A stretch of 64,000 bases of DNA from Vicinamibacterales bacterium (GCA_023717525.1 JAMQPK010000235.1:28427-92426); one strand, 5' to 3'. Positions 48,913 to 57,768 are shown, numbered from the stretch's first letter. The notes: generated by a model not told the origin, from the letters alone. Numbers and translations: made by a program.

Positions 48913-49511
48913 TACCGGATGTCGAGGCTCGCTTCCTGCAGCTCGGGCGGAGTCGTCATGACGTCGATGGCCCTCAGCTCGAGCACGCGACGGGGTCCGT
49001 CGAGGGCGTCCTCGATTTCCATCAGAATCTGTTCATCGCGCGAGTCGGCAACGTAGCGCGCCCGGGCGATCGATTCGGCTGCCGCCGGCGCCTGAAGCAG
49101 CCGGCTGGCGGCGCCGGAAGACGCACGGCGGTCCATCGCAAATCCCAGAAACAAGCCTGCGGCAAGGCCCGCGGCTGCCGCGCCGGCCACCCAGCGGCGT
49201 GCCGGGCCAAGCACACGTCGCACGACCGGGTTGGGACTGGAGTGGCCAGGGAAGAGCAGCACCTCGGCTGGATGCCCCTGGCGCTCGAGGCGGCGGAGGA
49301 TACGGTCGCGCTGTTCGTGCAGCCGGTCGTTCGTGAACACGGCATCGGCCTCGCGCACGGCGTCTTCGCGGATCTGCTCGAGTGCCCGCGCGAGATCGTC
49401 GAAGCGCGCCTTGCACTGGCCGCATTCGGAAAGGTGTTGGTGGTCGCCTGCGACCACATAGGATTCCATCAACTGCTCGTCACTTAAGTGAGGGAGCGGT
49501 TCAAAACGCAT
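48912..49511 (-). CDS. anti-sigma factor (zf-HC2 type, single TM)
   Basis: HLSECGQC = H-x3-C-x2-C motif, a TM segment WVAGAAAAGLAAGLFLGFAM, and position directly after an ECF sigma gene (11-nt overlap). Confidence 0.78.
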   Translation of the reverse strand: MRFEPLPHLSDEQLMESYVVAGDHQHLSECGQCKARFDDLARALEQIREDAVREADAVFTNDRLHEQRDRILRRLERQGHPAEVLLFPGHSSPNPVVRRVLGPARRWVAGAAAAGLAAGLFLGFAMDRRASSGAASRLLQAPAAAESIARARYVADSRDEQILMEIEDALDGPRRVLELRAIDVMTTPPELQEASLDIR

Positions 49512-50214
49512 GACGATGCCCCTCCATTGCCGTTCTGAGCTTCCGGACGGCGCGGAACAAGTGCACTCGAACGGTCGACTCGTTCAGGCCCGTGATCGCC
49601 GCCACATCCCGGGTCGAGTGATCGTTGTAGTGGCACAACATGAAGACCAGACGCTGCCGTCCAGGCAGCTTGCGCACGGCGGTCATCAGGAGGTCGCGCC
49701 ACTCGCGAGCCAGCAGTGCATCTTCTGGCGATCGGTCCGCCGGCCGGATGGCGCGCTCGACTGTGTCCTGATCGCGGCGCCCGATATCGGCCACCGGCAT
49801 GAGCCAACGCGCGCGGCGCGTGCGGGCTTTCTGCCGATCCAGGCAGCCATTAATCAAAATTCGCGTGAACCACACTTCGAACGACAAGCCCCGCTGGAAC
49901 GACGCGATATGCGTGTACGCTTTCACAAACGCATCCTGCACGGCTTCGTCCGCATCGGCGGCATCGTGCAGGTAGTGCCACGCGATGCGCGACGCGCGGC
50001 GCTGCTGTCGCGCGACGATTTGAGAAAACAGGTCGCGGGCGCCTCCATGATTTCCAGCGGCCTCGAGATCTTGCACCTGACCTGCGAGATCGGTTTCCAG
50101 CTCCGGCGCACGGGCAGACCCCGAGGCAAGGCGCTCCTCCCCAGGAGCGACAGAGGGCATAACCCTCGCCGAAAGCGCTGATACACCGGCCGTCACGTGG
50201 TCGCGCCTGCTCAT
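49501..50214 (-). CDS. ECF-type RNA polymerase sigma-70 family factor
   Basis: Region 2 (DADEAVQDAFVKAY...F..W..RILIN) and region 4 (LPGRQRLVFMLCHYNDHSTRDVAAITGLNESTVRVHLFRA). The N-terminal extension makes the start uncertain. Confidence 0.85.
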   Translation of the reverse strand: MSRRDHVTAGVSALSARVMPSVAPGEERLASGSARAPELETDLAGQVQDLEAAGNHGGARDLFSQIVARQQRRASRIAWHYLHDAADADEAVQDAFVKAYTHIASFQRGLSFEVWFTRILINGCLDRQKARTRRARWLMPVADIGRRDQDTVERAIRPADRSPEDALLAREWRDLLMTAVRKLPGRQRLVFMLCHYNDHSTRDVAAITGLNESTVRVHLFRAVRKLRTAMEGHRHAF

Positions 50215-50298
50215 ACTTGGATACGACGCTCCGAGGCTTTCATTTACAGCAGTTTACGGGTGCTCGACGCCCTTAATGATACCAGATACCATGAGCCG

Positions 50299-51735
50299 GT
50301 GCTGTTTGAACCGGTCATTGGCCTCGAAATTCACGCCAGACTGCTAACTGAAACCAAGATCTTCTGCGGCTGCAGCACGCGGTTCGGCAATCGCCCGAAT
50401 ACGAACGTCTGCCCGGTATGCCTCGGGCTGCCTGGCGCCCTGCCGGTGCTGAACCGCCGGGCCGTCGATTTTGCCGCCAAAGCCGCGCTCGCCCTGAACT
50501 GCGAGGTCCAGGAGCGGTCGATTTTCGCCCGGAAGAACTACTTCTATCCGGACCTGCCGAAGGGCTACCAAATCTCTCAGTACGAGCTGCCGCTGGCGAC
50601 CGAGGGCGCGCTCGAGTACACCGCCAACAGCGTCAGCAAGCGCGTCGGCATCATCCGGGTGCACATGGAAGAAGACGCGGGAAAATCGCTGCATGAAGGC
50701 TTTGCCGATTCGGATCAGAAGACGTATCTCGACTTCAATCGCAGCGGCACGCCACTGATTGAGATCGTCACACACCCCGACTTGCGGTCCGCCGCTGACG
50801 CCGCGGATGCGTTCCGGCGCCTCCGCGAGATCCTGACAACGCTTGGGGTGAACGACGGCAATATGGAAGAGGGAAGCCTTCGCTGTGACGCCAACGTTTC
50901 TGTGCGGCCAGTGGGACAGCAGACGCTGGGCACGAAAACCGAGGTGAAGAACATCAACTCCTTCCGCTATCTCGAGAAGGCACTGGAGTACGAAATCGGG
51001 CGGCAGACCGGCGTGCTGCAGTCGGGCGGCACCATCGTGCAGGAGACGCGGCTCTGGGACGCGGACGCCGGCGAGACGTTCTCGATGCGGAGCAAGGAAG
51101 ACGCGCACGACTATCGATACTTTCCCGAGCCGGACCTGCCGCCTGTGCAGCTCGCGCCGGCGCGCATCCAGGAAATCCGCGGCACAATTCTCGAGCTGCC
51201 GGACGCGCGGCGCCTGCGGTTGATGGCGGATTACGGTTTGTCCGAGCTGGACGTGAAGGCGCTCGAGCGCAGCGACCTCGTCGCATTGTTCGAAGGCACC
51301 GCCAAAGCGGCCGGCAACGCGAAGGCCGCGTTCAACTGGATCTCTGGCGAGGTCGCGCGGAAGCGAAACGAACTGGGCGAGCGGTTCGACCGCGAGCGCG
51401 TGTTGCCGCAGTCGCTGGCGAAATTGATCGGCATCGTCGAGAGCGGGGCAATCAGCGCGTCGATCGCCAAGACGGTGTTCGAGCGGATGTACGACAGCGG
51501 CCGCAGCGCAGACGAGATCGTCGAGCAGGACGGGCTCGCGCAGATCGGCGACGAGGGTGCCCTGATGGCCAGTGTTCGGTCGGTGATCGATGCCAATCAG
51601 GACGCCGTCGCTCAGTATCGCAACGGCAAGACGGGGACGATCGGATTCCTCGTCGGTCAAGTGATGAAGGCAACCGGCGGAAAGGCCAAGCCCGCGCTTG
51701 TGAACGATCTGTTGCGCCGGGAGCTGGACCAGTAG
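50299..51735 (+). CDS. gatB: Asp-tRNA(Asn)/Glu-tRNA(Gln) amidotransferase subunit B
   Basis: FEPVIGLEIHARL...KIFCGC, VCPVCLGLPGALP, EEDAGK, and a C-terminal YqeY-like domain. Start set to GTG 50299 to match the usual N-terminus. ORF-track start 50197 would overlap the divergent sigma gene. Confidence 0.9.
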   Translation: MLFEPVIGLEIHARLLTETKIFCGCSTRFGNRPNTNVCPVCLGLPGALPVLNRRAVDFAAKAALALNCEVQERSIFARKNYFYPDLPKGYQISQYELPLATEGALEYTANSVSKRVGIIRVHMEEDAGKSLHEGFADSDQKTYLDFNRSGTPLIEIVTHPDLRSAADAADAFRRLREILTTLGVNDGNMEEGSLRCDANVSVRPVGQQTLGTKTEVKNINSFRYLEKALEYEIGRQTGVLQSGGTIVQETRLWDADAGETFSMRSKEDAHDYRYFPEPDLPPVQLAPARIQEIRGTILELPDARRLRLMADYGLSELDVKALERSDLVALFEGTAKAAGNAKAAFNWISGEVARKRNELGERFDRERVLPQSLAKLIGIVESGAISASIAKTVFERMYDSGRSADEIVEQDGLAQIGDEGALMASVRSVIDANQDAVAQYRNGKTGTIGFLVGQVMKATGGKAKPALVNDLLRRELDQ

Positions 51736-51749
51736 AAACTGTTGCTCGC

Positions 51750-52442
51750 GTGATCGAAACGCATCAACTCTCCAAACTCTACAGTCGCGGTGTCTACGCG
51801 CTTCGTGACCTCTCGATGAAGATCGAGAAGGGCGAGTTCGTCTTTCTGACGGGCCCAAGCGGCGCCGGCAAATCTACACTGCTTCGGCTGCTGCTGCGCG
51901 AGAGCCTGCCAAGCGAGGGATCGATTGTCGTCGCCGGCCGCAACCTCGCAAGGTTGACGCCGCGTCAGGTTCAGGCCTATCGCCGCAGCGTCGGGTTCGT
52001 GTTCCAGGATTTCAAGCTCATTCCCCGCAAAACCGTTCTGGAGAACGTGTCGCTGGTGCCGCGAGTACTGGGCGCCCCGGTGTCGACGCAGCAGCGCAAG
52101 ACCTTTCAAGTGTTGAAGTGGGTCGGCCTTCAGCACCGGATGAACGCGTTTCCCATGGAGTTGTCGGGCGGCGAGCAGCAGCGCGTGGCGATCGCGCGCG
52201 CGCTCGTCAACGATCCGATGCTCATTCTGGCGGACGAACCGACGGGGAACCTGGATCCCGACCTGTCGCTCGACATCATGAACCTGCTGCGGGAAGCGAA
52301 CGCGCGCGGTACGACCGTTCTCGTGGCGACGCACGACCGCGAGCTCATCCGGCGAGTCGGCCGTCGAGCCGTAGCGCTCGACCATGGGCGGCTGATCGAC
52401 GCCGACGAACACGCGGGGGCGGAGGCCGATGCGGGCGCTTAG
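51750..52442 (+). CDS. ftsE: cell division ATP-binding protein FtsE
   Basis: [40 protein letters not shown]. Followed by ftsX with a 14-nt overlap. Confidence 0.9.
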   Translation: MIETHQLSKLYSRGVYALRDLSMKIEKGEFVFLTGPSGAGKSTLLRLLLRESLPSEGSIVVAGRNLARLTPRQVQAYRRSVGFVFQDFKLIPRKTVLENVSLVPRVLGAPVSTQQRKTFQVLKWVGLQHRMNAFPMELSGGEQQRVAIARALVNDPMLILADEPTGNLDPDLSLDIMNLLREANARGTTVLVATHDRELIRRVGRRAVALDHGRLIDADEHAGAEADAGA

Positions 52443-53325
52443 GTATTTCCTCGACGAAGCGGTGGCCAGCCTATGGCGAGGCGCGAAGACGACGCTCATC
52501 GCGATTGTGACGATTGCGGTTGCCTTTTTCGTGCTCGGGGGCTTCCTGATGATCACGACGAATCTGGAGCGGCTGCTGTCACGTTGGCAGGAGGCCGCGG
52601 AATTCTCCGTGTACCTGCGCGACGAGGCGGCAGCAGAGCAACGGACGGGGATTGAGACCGTTCTGCGCGGAAGCCACCTTGTGCGCGCGCTCGAGGTCAT
52701 CTCCAAGGAAGAAGCCCTGAAACGATTCAAGCGCGACTTTGGGGCCCTGGCCGAAGCGACGGGGGATTTGACCGAGAATCCGCTGCCCGCCTCGATCGAG
52801 GTGCGTCTGGTGCCGGATGCGAACCCCGCAGATGTCCAGGCGCTCGCCGCGAAGGCATCGTCCCTGCCGGGGGTAGCCGACGTCCGCTACGATCGCCAAT
52901 GGATTCAGCGCCTTACGAGGGCGGTCGATCTGGTTCGGGCGGGAGGGTTCGGCTTGGCGGCCATTCTGGTGCTGGCGGCGGCGCTTACCGTAGCCAGCGT
53001 GATTCGCCTGGCCCTCGTGGTACGCCGTGAAGAAATTCACATCATGCAGCTCGTTGGCGCACCGCTTGGCTACATCGGCGGTCCTTTCGTCGTCGAAGGT
53101 CTTCTTCAGGGCGGGGCTGGCGCCGGTATTGCCCTCGGGATGCTGTGGATGACGTTTTTGTTTGCTCGTGCGAGGATGAACCCGCTGCTGATCAACGGGA
53201 TCGACCCTGCCGGGCTGGCCTTTCTGCCTCTGTCGATGATCGCCGCGATTCTGGCCGGCGGGATGATTGTGGGATGCATCGGCGGGCTGATTGCCGCCCG
53301 GACTGCTCGTGAGATTGCTGACTGA
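52429..53325 (+). CDS. ftsX: cell division permease-like protein FtsX
   Basis: N-terminus LRYFLDEAVASLWRG..., a periplasmic domain, and a C-terminal 3-TM FtsX domain with EIHIMQLVGA. Confidence 0.88.
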   Translation: MRALRYFLDEAVASLWRGAKTTLIAIVTIAVAFFVLGGFLMITTNLERLLSRWQEAAEFSVYLRDEAAAEQRTGIETVLRGSHLVRALEVISKEEALKRFKRDFGALAEATGDLTENPLPASIEVRLVPDANPADVQALAAKASSLPGVADVRYDRQWIQRLTRAVDLVRAGGFGLAAILVLAAALTVASVIRLALVVRREEIHIMQLVGAPLGYIGGPFVVEGLLQGGAGAGIALGMLWMTFLFARARMNPLLINGIDPAGLAFLPLSMIAAILAGGMIVGCIGGLIAARTAREIAD

Positions 53326-53379
53326 GAAAAACGATTGAAAAGGGTTCCCGATCCCCTCTAGACTGGATCTACCCGTTAC

Positions 53380-53643
53380 ATGACGCAGTCGAAAGCCCCT
53401 GGGACTCTGACTGATTTTTATCGGGAAGAGTTTCTGAAACATCAGCGCTGTCTTGAACGGCAGCGCGAGTACTACTCACACAGCGCGATCGCATCGGTCG
53501 AACAAGCCCTCACCCGCGTCATTGCCCAACTCGAACAGCTCTCCACGAAAGATAACGCCGATCAGGTGGTGAGCGGCCTTCTCAGGAAATTCAATGTGGT
53601 GACAGGCCTATCGGGCTGGAGCGATCCGAAGAACGTCCACTGA
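53380..53643 (+). CDS. small hypothetical protein with atypical (A/T-ending) codon usage
   Basis: 87-aa ORF with no motif. Many A/T-ending codons by eye, unlike its neighbours. Its TGA is 1 nt before the open frame of the next gene. Confidence 0.4.
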   Translation: MTQSKAPGTLTDFYREEFLKHQRCLERQREYYSHSAIASVEQALTRVIAQLEQLSTKDNADQVVSGLLRKFNVVTGLSGWSDPKNVH

Positions 53644-53785
53644 GATTCCGTCCCTGTCCATTTTTCGCCAGCACTTCCTGACCATCGCGCGCGGAGCGAT
53701 CGACGCCGCGTCCCCACACCGTCTCATCGACCGCACCCTGCGCGACTCCGACGTCGCCTCACGGCTGGAAGGGCGCACGCTTCGG

Positions 53786-54943
53786 GTGATCGCGGTCGGT
53801 AAGGCCGCGCCGTTCATGGCCGTGGCGTTTGCAGAGAGCGTGCGCTCCCAGATCCGTGACGGCATTGTCATCGGAACCCACCTTCCGATCGAACTGCCGG
53901 CGCCGTTTGAATGGATACCGTCCAGCCACCCGCTGCCGGACGAGCGCAGCGTGGCGGCCGGCCGGCGAGCGCTCGATCTCGCCAGGCAAACCGACGCTCA
54001 GGAGACCCTCGTTGTGTTGCTGTCAGGGGGCGCCTCGGCGTTGATGGCCGTGCCGGCGGGGAGTTTGACGCTCGATGACAAGCGAACGGCGGTGAACGCC
54101 CTGCTGAAAGGCGGCGCCGACATCACCGCGCTGAATACGATTCGGAAGCATCTTTCTGCCGTGAAGGGTGGGCGCCTGGCGGCGGCGGCACAGGGCCCCA
54201 CCGTCTGCTTCGCCATTTCCGATGTCGTTGGCGATGACGTCAGCGTGATCGGATCGGGACCGACGGTTGCGGATCCGTCGACGTATCGGGATGCGTGGAG
54301 TTACGTCGAGCGCTACGGCGTCGAGCGTCAGCTGACGGCTGCGGCTCTGGGTTATTTACGCGCTGGTTTGGAAGGCAAGATCGAGGAAACGCCCAGTCCC
54401 GGCGACCCTCGGCTCGCGCGCTCTTTGACCCGGGTGGTCGGTGGACGCTTTCATGCGATGACCGGCGCCGCCGAAGCCGCGCGGTCCCTCGGTTACGACG
54501 CCGTGACGATCGACGAGCCGGTTGTCGGCGATGCGCGGACGCAGGGTCCGAGTCTGTTGAATATGGCGAGGGCCGTCGCCGCGGGGAAAAGCCGGCCGCT
54601 TGCGGTGATTGCCAGCGGCGAGACGACGGTCAAGGTGGCTGGCAAGGGACGAGGCGGCCGCAATCAGGAGATGGCCTTGTCGGTTGCGGGGGCGCTCGCG
54701 AATGATTCAGGCGAGGTTGCGGTCGCCAGCATTGGGACCGATGGCATCGATGGGCCTACTGATGCAGCCGGGGCATTCACCGACACCACAACCGCCGTCC
54801 GCGCCAGGCAGCAGTCGCTCGATCCTCTCGCCTATCTTGCCGACAACAATGCCTACGCCTTCTTCGAGCGGCTGGGTGACCTCATCATGACGGGCCCCTC
54901 GACGACGAATGTCGGGGATATTCAGATCGTACTTTTCAGATAG
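53786..54943 (+). CDS. glycerate kinase / hydroxypyruvate-reductase-like protein (MOFRL family); true 5' end probably upstream
   Basis: VIAVGKAAPFMA, LLSGGASAL and SGETTV...GGRNQE motifs. The first canonical start is GTG 53786. The same frame is open and homologous-looking from about 53642 (see findings). Confidence 0.85.
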   Translation: MIAVGKAAPFMAVAFAESVRSQIRDGIVIGTHLPIELPAPFEWIPSSHPLPDERSVAAGRRALDLARQTDAQETLVVLLSGGASALMAVPAGSLTLDDKRTAVNALLKGGADITALNTIRKHLSAVKGGRLAAAAQGPTVCFAISDVVGDDVSVIGSGPTVADPSTYRDAWSYVERYGVERQLTAAALGYLRAGLEGKIEETPSPGDPRLARSLTRVVGGRFHAMTGAAEAARSLGYDAVTIDEPVVGDARTQGPSLLNMARAVAAGKSRPLAVIASGETTVKVAGKGRGGRNQEMALSVAGALANDSGEVAVASIGTDGIDGPTDAAGAFTDTTTAVRARQQSLDPLAYLADNNAYAFFERLGDLIMTGPSTTNVGDIQIVLFR

Positions 54944-54945
54944 GT

Positions 54946-55006
54946 GTCAGGCGATAGTCGATAGACGTTGGTCGTTAGTCCCAGTCGTTGGTCGTTGGTC
55001 CTCGCC
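54946..55006. repeat. 7-bp periodic array, CGTTGGT orientation (inverted copy of the ACCAACG element)
   Basis: gtcaggc gatagtc gatagac gttggtc gttagtc ccagtc gttggtc gttggtc. The reverse complement of 54966-55000 matches 55254-55288 at 34 of 35 positions. Confidence 0.85.
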
Positions 55007-55045
55007 ATTGCTCAACGCAACGAGAGCGAAGAAAAGGGGCTGGAT

Positions 55046-55156
55046 ATGGGCATTCTTGGCCGCAGACTACTAGCGATCGCGGCGGTTCTGATTCTCGGTC
55101 ATGTTTTGCTTTTCATGCTGGCATATTTGTTTTTAGACATCCCCACATGTTGCTGA
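55046..55156 (+). CDS. candidate 36-aa hydrophobic peptide (very tentative)
   Basis: MGILGRRLLAIAAVLILGHVLLFMLAYLFLDIPTCC. AAGGGG lies ~9 nt upstream. Low-GC codons atypical for the window. It could equally be non-coding cargo between inverted repeats. Confidence 0.25.
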   Translation: MGILGRRLLAIAAVLILGHVLLFMLAYLFLDIPTCC

Positions 55157-55246
55157 ACGTGCATCGACCCAACCACCGCGGCATCGTTCGACGTATGAAC
55201 GCTCCAATCGTATTGGTGCCAGCCGCGCAGCCAATGTGTTTTACTT

Positions 55247-55309
55247 GAACTGAGACCAACGACCAACGACTGGGACTAATGACCAACGACCAACGACCAA
55301 CGACCAAGA
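55247..55309. repeat. 7-bp periodic array, ACCAACG orientation, abutting the rnr start codon
   Basis: gaactgag accaacg accaacg actggg actaatg accaacg accaacg accaacg accaaga aGTG. 55250-55307 matches 19004-19061 at 54 of 58 positions. Confidence 0.85.
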
Positions 55310-55310
55310 A

Positions 55311-57581
55311 GTGATAAACCGCGAAAATATTCTGAAGTTGATGCGCGACAAGGTCACGCATCCTGCGACGCCACGTGAGCTGCTGCGCACTCTTCGCATT
55401 CCTCAGGAGGAGCGCGCGACCTTTCGCCGACTCCTGAAGATGCTCGTCACGTCTGGCGAGTTGATTGAAACCAAAGGCGGGCGCATCGGCCTGCCCGACA
55501 AGATGGATCTCGTCGTCGGGCGGCTCGAGACGCATGCGAGCGGGTTCGGCTTCGTCATTCCCGACAAGACCGGCGAAGCGACGCCGGACGTCCACATTCC
55601 CGCCGGGAACATCAAGGAAGCGATGCACGGTGATCGTGTCCTCGCCCGAATCGAACGCCGTACGGGCGACGATCGCATCGAAGGCCGAATCATCCGAATT
55701 CTCGAGCGCGGCAGCTCGACCATCGTCGGTCGATTCGATCGAGACGAGTCCGGGCTTGGGTTCGTGCAGCCGTTCGACCGGCGGGTACTGACCGATGTGC
55801 ACATTCCAACCGGCCAGTCGGCGGAGGCCGAGGTGGGCGAGATGGTTGCCGTGGAGATCACCCGATGGCCGACGCCGGCGCGCGGGCCGGTGGGCCGGGT
55901 CATACAGGTACTCGGCAACATCGATGAGAAGGGGGTCGATACCGAAATCATCATCAGAAAGTTCGCCATCCCCGACGCCCATGGGGAGGCGGCCGTCGAA
56001 GAGGCTCGTGGATTCGGGACGGTGTCGCCCGCCGACATCGCTGGCCGGACGGATTTTCGCCAGACGACCACCGTGACCATTGACGGCGAGCACGCGCGCG
56101 ATTTCGATGACGCGATCAGCATCGAGAAACTGGCGAATGGCCACTATTGGCTGGGCGTGCACATCGCGGACGTTGCGCACTACGTCCAGGAGGGAAGCGC
56201 GCTCGATCTGGAAGGGTACGATAGGGCCACGTCGGTGTACTTCCCGGACCGCGCGGTTCACATGTTCCCATCGGAACTCGCGACCGGCATCTGCAGCTTG
56301 AATCCTCGGGTCGACCGACTGGTGCAGAGTTGCCTGATGGAGATCGACCATCACGGTGCGGTCGTGCGGTACGAGTTTCATGACGGCGTCATCAACACCG
56401 CTGCGCGCATGACCTACACCGATGTGCACGCCATTCTCACCGAGAAGCCGGCGGCGCTCATGGGTACGTATCGCGAACTGGTTCCAAAGTTCGAGCTGAT
56501 GGGCGAGTTATTCCATGTGCTGAACGGCCGGCGCAAGCGCCGGGGCTCGATCGACTTCGACCTTCCCGAAGCAGAAGTCGTACTGGATGACGCCGGCCGC
56601 GTGGCCTCGATCGTCGAGTCGGAGCGGAACCTTGCGCACAAGCTGATCGAAGAGTTCATGCTGCTGGCCAACGAGACGGTCGCGTCCTACGTCGATGGGC
56701 GCGGGATGCCGAGCCTCTATCGCATCCACGAGCAGCCGGACCCGCTGAAGGTCGAGCAGTTCGAAGAATTCGTCTCAGGATTCGGGTATTCGCTGGCGGC
56801 GCCGCCGGGTGGCGTGCGCCCGAGAAACTTTCAGAAGCTGCTCGAGAAACTGCACGACAAACCGGAGGCGCGGCCTATCGCGTTCCTGATGCTGCGGACC
56901 ATGCAGAAGGCGAGGTATGCCGAGCGAAACCTCGGCCACTTCGGCCTCGCGGCAGATTCGTATACGCATTTCACCTCGCCTATCCGGCGCTATCCCGATC
57001 TCGTCGTTCACCGGATGCTTCGCGAAGTGCGGCATCGCGGCATCGACATGGAGCGCGTCGAAGAGCTCGAGCAGGATCTGCCGGGCGTCGCGAAGCACTG
57101 TTCCGACATGGAACGGCGCGCCGACGAAGCTGAGCGCGAACTGGTGCAGTGGAAGAAAGTGCGGTTCATGGCCGACAAGGTAGGCGACGAATTCGAAGGC
57201 TACGTCACAGGCGTCGCGGCCTTCGGCTTGTTCGTTCAACTATCCGAGCACTTCGTCGAAGGGCTCGTGCACGTGTCGAGCATGGCCGACGACTACTATC
57301 GTTTTCTCGAGCGGAGCCACTCGCTGAAGGGAGAAAACACGGGCAAGGTCTATCAGCTTGGTCAGCGGGTGAAGGTGCAGGTCGTGCGCGTCGATATGGA
57401 TCGCCGCCAGATCGATCTTGGTCTCGTCGAAATTCTCGAAACCGTCAGAGGTGATGAATCACGCCGGGGACCCCGACGCAGTAAGGCGCGCCCGAAGCAC
57501 GAGCAAAGAAAAGGACCTCGGCGGAAGCAGCGCCCGGGCCGCCGGGAGCGTCGAAAGCGGGGAGGACGAAGGGGCAGATAG
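55311..57581 (+). CDS. rnr: ribonuclease R (RNase II/VacB family 3'-5' exoribonuclease)
   Basis: N-terminal HTH/CSD region, RNB catalytic domain (TIDGEHARDFDDAIS..., SVYFPDRAVHMFP, RYPDLVVHR), S1 domain (GYVTGVAAFGLFVQL), and a Lys/Arg-rich tail. Confidence 0.93.
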   Translation: MINRENILKLMRDKVTHPATPRELLRTLRIPQEERATFRRLLKMLVTSGELIETKGGRIGLPDKMDLVVGRLETHASGFGFVIPDKTGEATPDVHIPAGNIKEAMHGDRVLARIERRTGDDRIEGRIIRILERGSSTIVGRFDRDESGLGFVQPFDRRVLTDVHIPTGQSAEAEVGEMVAVEITRWPTPARGPVGRVIQVLGNIDEKGVDTEIIIRKFAIPDAHGEAAVEEARGFGTVSPADIAGRTDFRQTTTVTIDGEHARDFDDAISIEKLANGHYWLGVHIADVAHYVQEGSALDLEGYDRATSVYFPDRAVHMFPSELATGICSLNPRVDRLVQSCLMEIDHHGAVVRYEFHDGVINTAARMTYTDVHAILTEKPAALMGTYRELVPKFELMGELFHVLNGRRKRRGSIDFDLPEAEVVLDDAGRVASIVESERNLAHKLIEEFMLLANETVASYVDGRGMPSLYRIHEQPDPLKVEQFEEFVSGFGYSLAAPPGGVRPRNFQKLLEKLHDKPEARPIAFLMLRTMQKARYAERNLGHFGLAADSYTHFTSPIRRYPDLVVHRMLREVRHRGIDMERVEELEQDLPGVAKHCSDMERRADEAERELVQWKKVRFMADKVGDEFEGYVTGVAAFGLFVQLSEHFVEGLVHVSSMADDYYRFLERSHSLKGENTGKVYQLGQRVKVQVVRVDMDRRQIDLGLVEILETVRGDESRRGPRRSKARPKHEQRKGPRRKQRPGRRERRKRGGRRGR

Positions 57582-57595
57582 CCTCTGTGAGGCTA
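57577..57595. terminator. short hairpin shared by convergent rnr and tatA ends
   Basis: ATAGCCTC-TGT-GAGGCTAT, a perfect 8-bp stem. Each arm contains one gene's stop codon (TAG 57579-57581; CTA 57593-57595). No T-run. Confidence 0.3.
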
Positions 57596-57748
57596 TCCGT
57601 CCTTGTGGTCGGGATCCTTCGAGGCGTTCTTGAATTCCTTGATGCCCTTGCCAACGCCCCGGAAGATTTCCGGGATGCGGTTCGCGCCGAAGATCATCAC
57701 AACGATGACGAGGATGATGATCAGTTCCGGCATGCCTATCCGACCCAT
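57593..57748 (-). CDS. tatA: twin-arginine translocase TatA/TatE family subunit
   Basis: [49 protein letters not shown] 7 nt upstream of ATG 57748. The longer ORF-track form (to 58123) is unsupported. Confidence 0.88.
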   Translation of the reverse strand: MGRIGMPELIIILVIVVMIFGANRIPEIFRGVGKGIKEFKNASKDPDHKDG

Positions 57749-57768
57749 AAAACGCTCCTTGCTGACCG

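Noticed and set aside
50197-50298. Longer gatB start (GTG 50197)
   Set aside because: It would overlap the divergent ECF sigma start (50214). It would also add ~34 non-conserved residues before the universal ...VIGLE.H N-terminus. GTG 50299 fits the family better; GTG 50260 remains possible.
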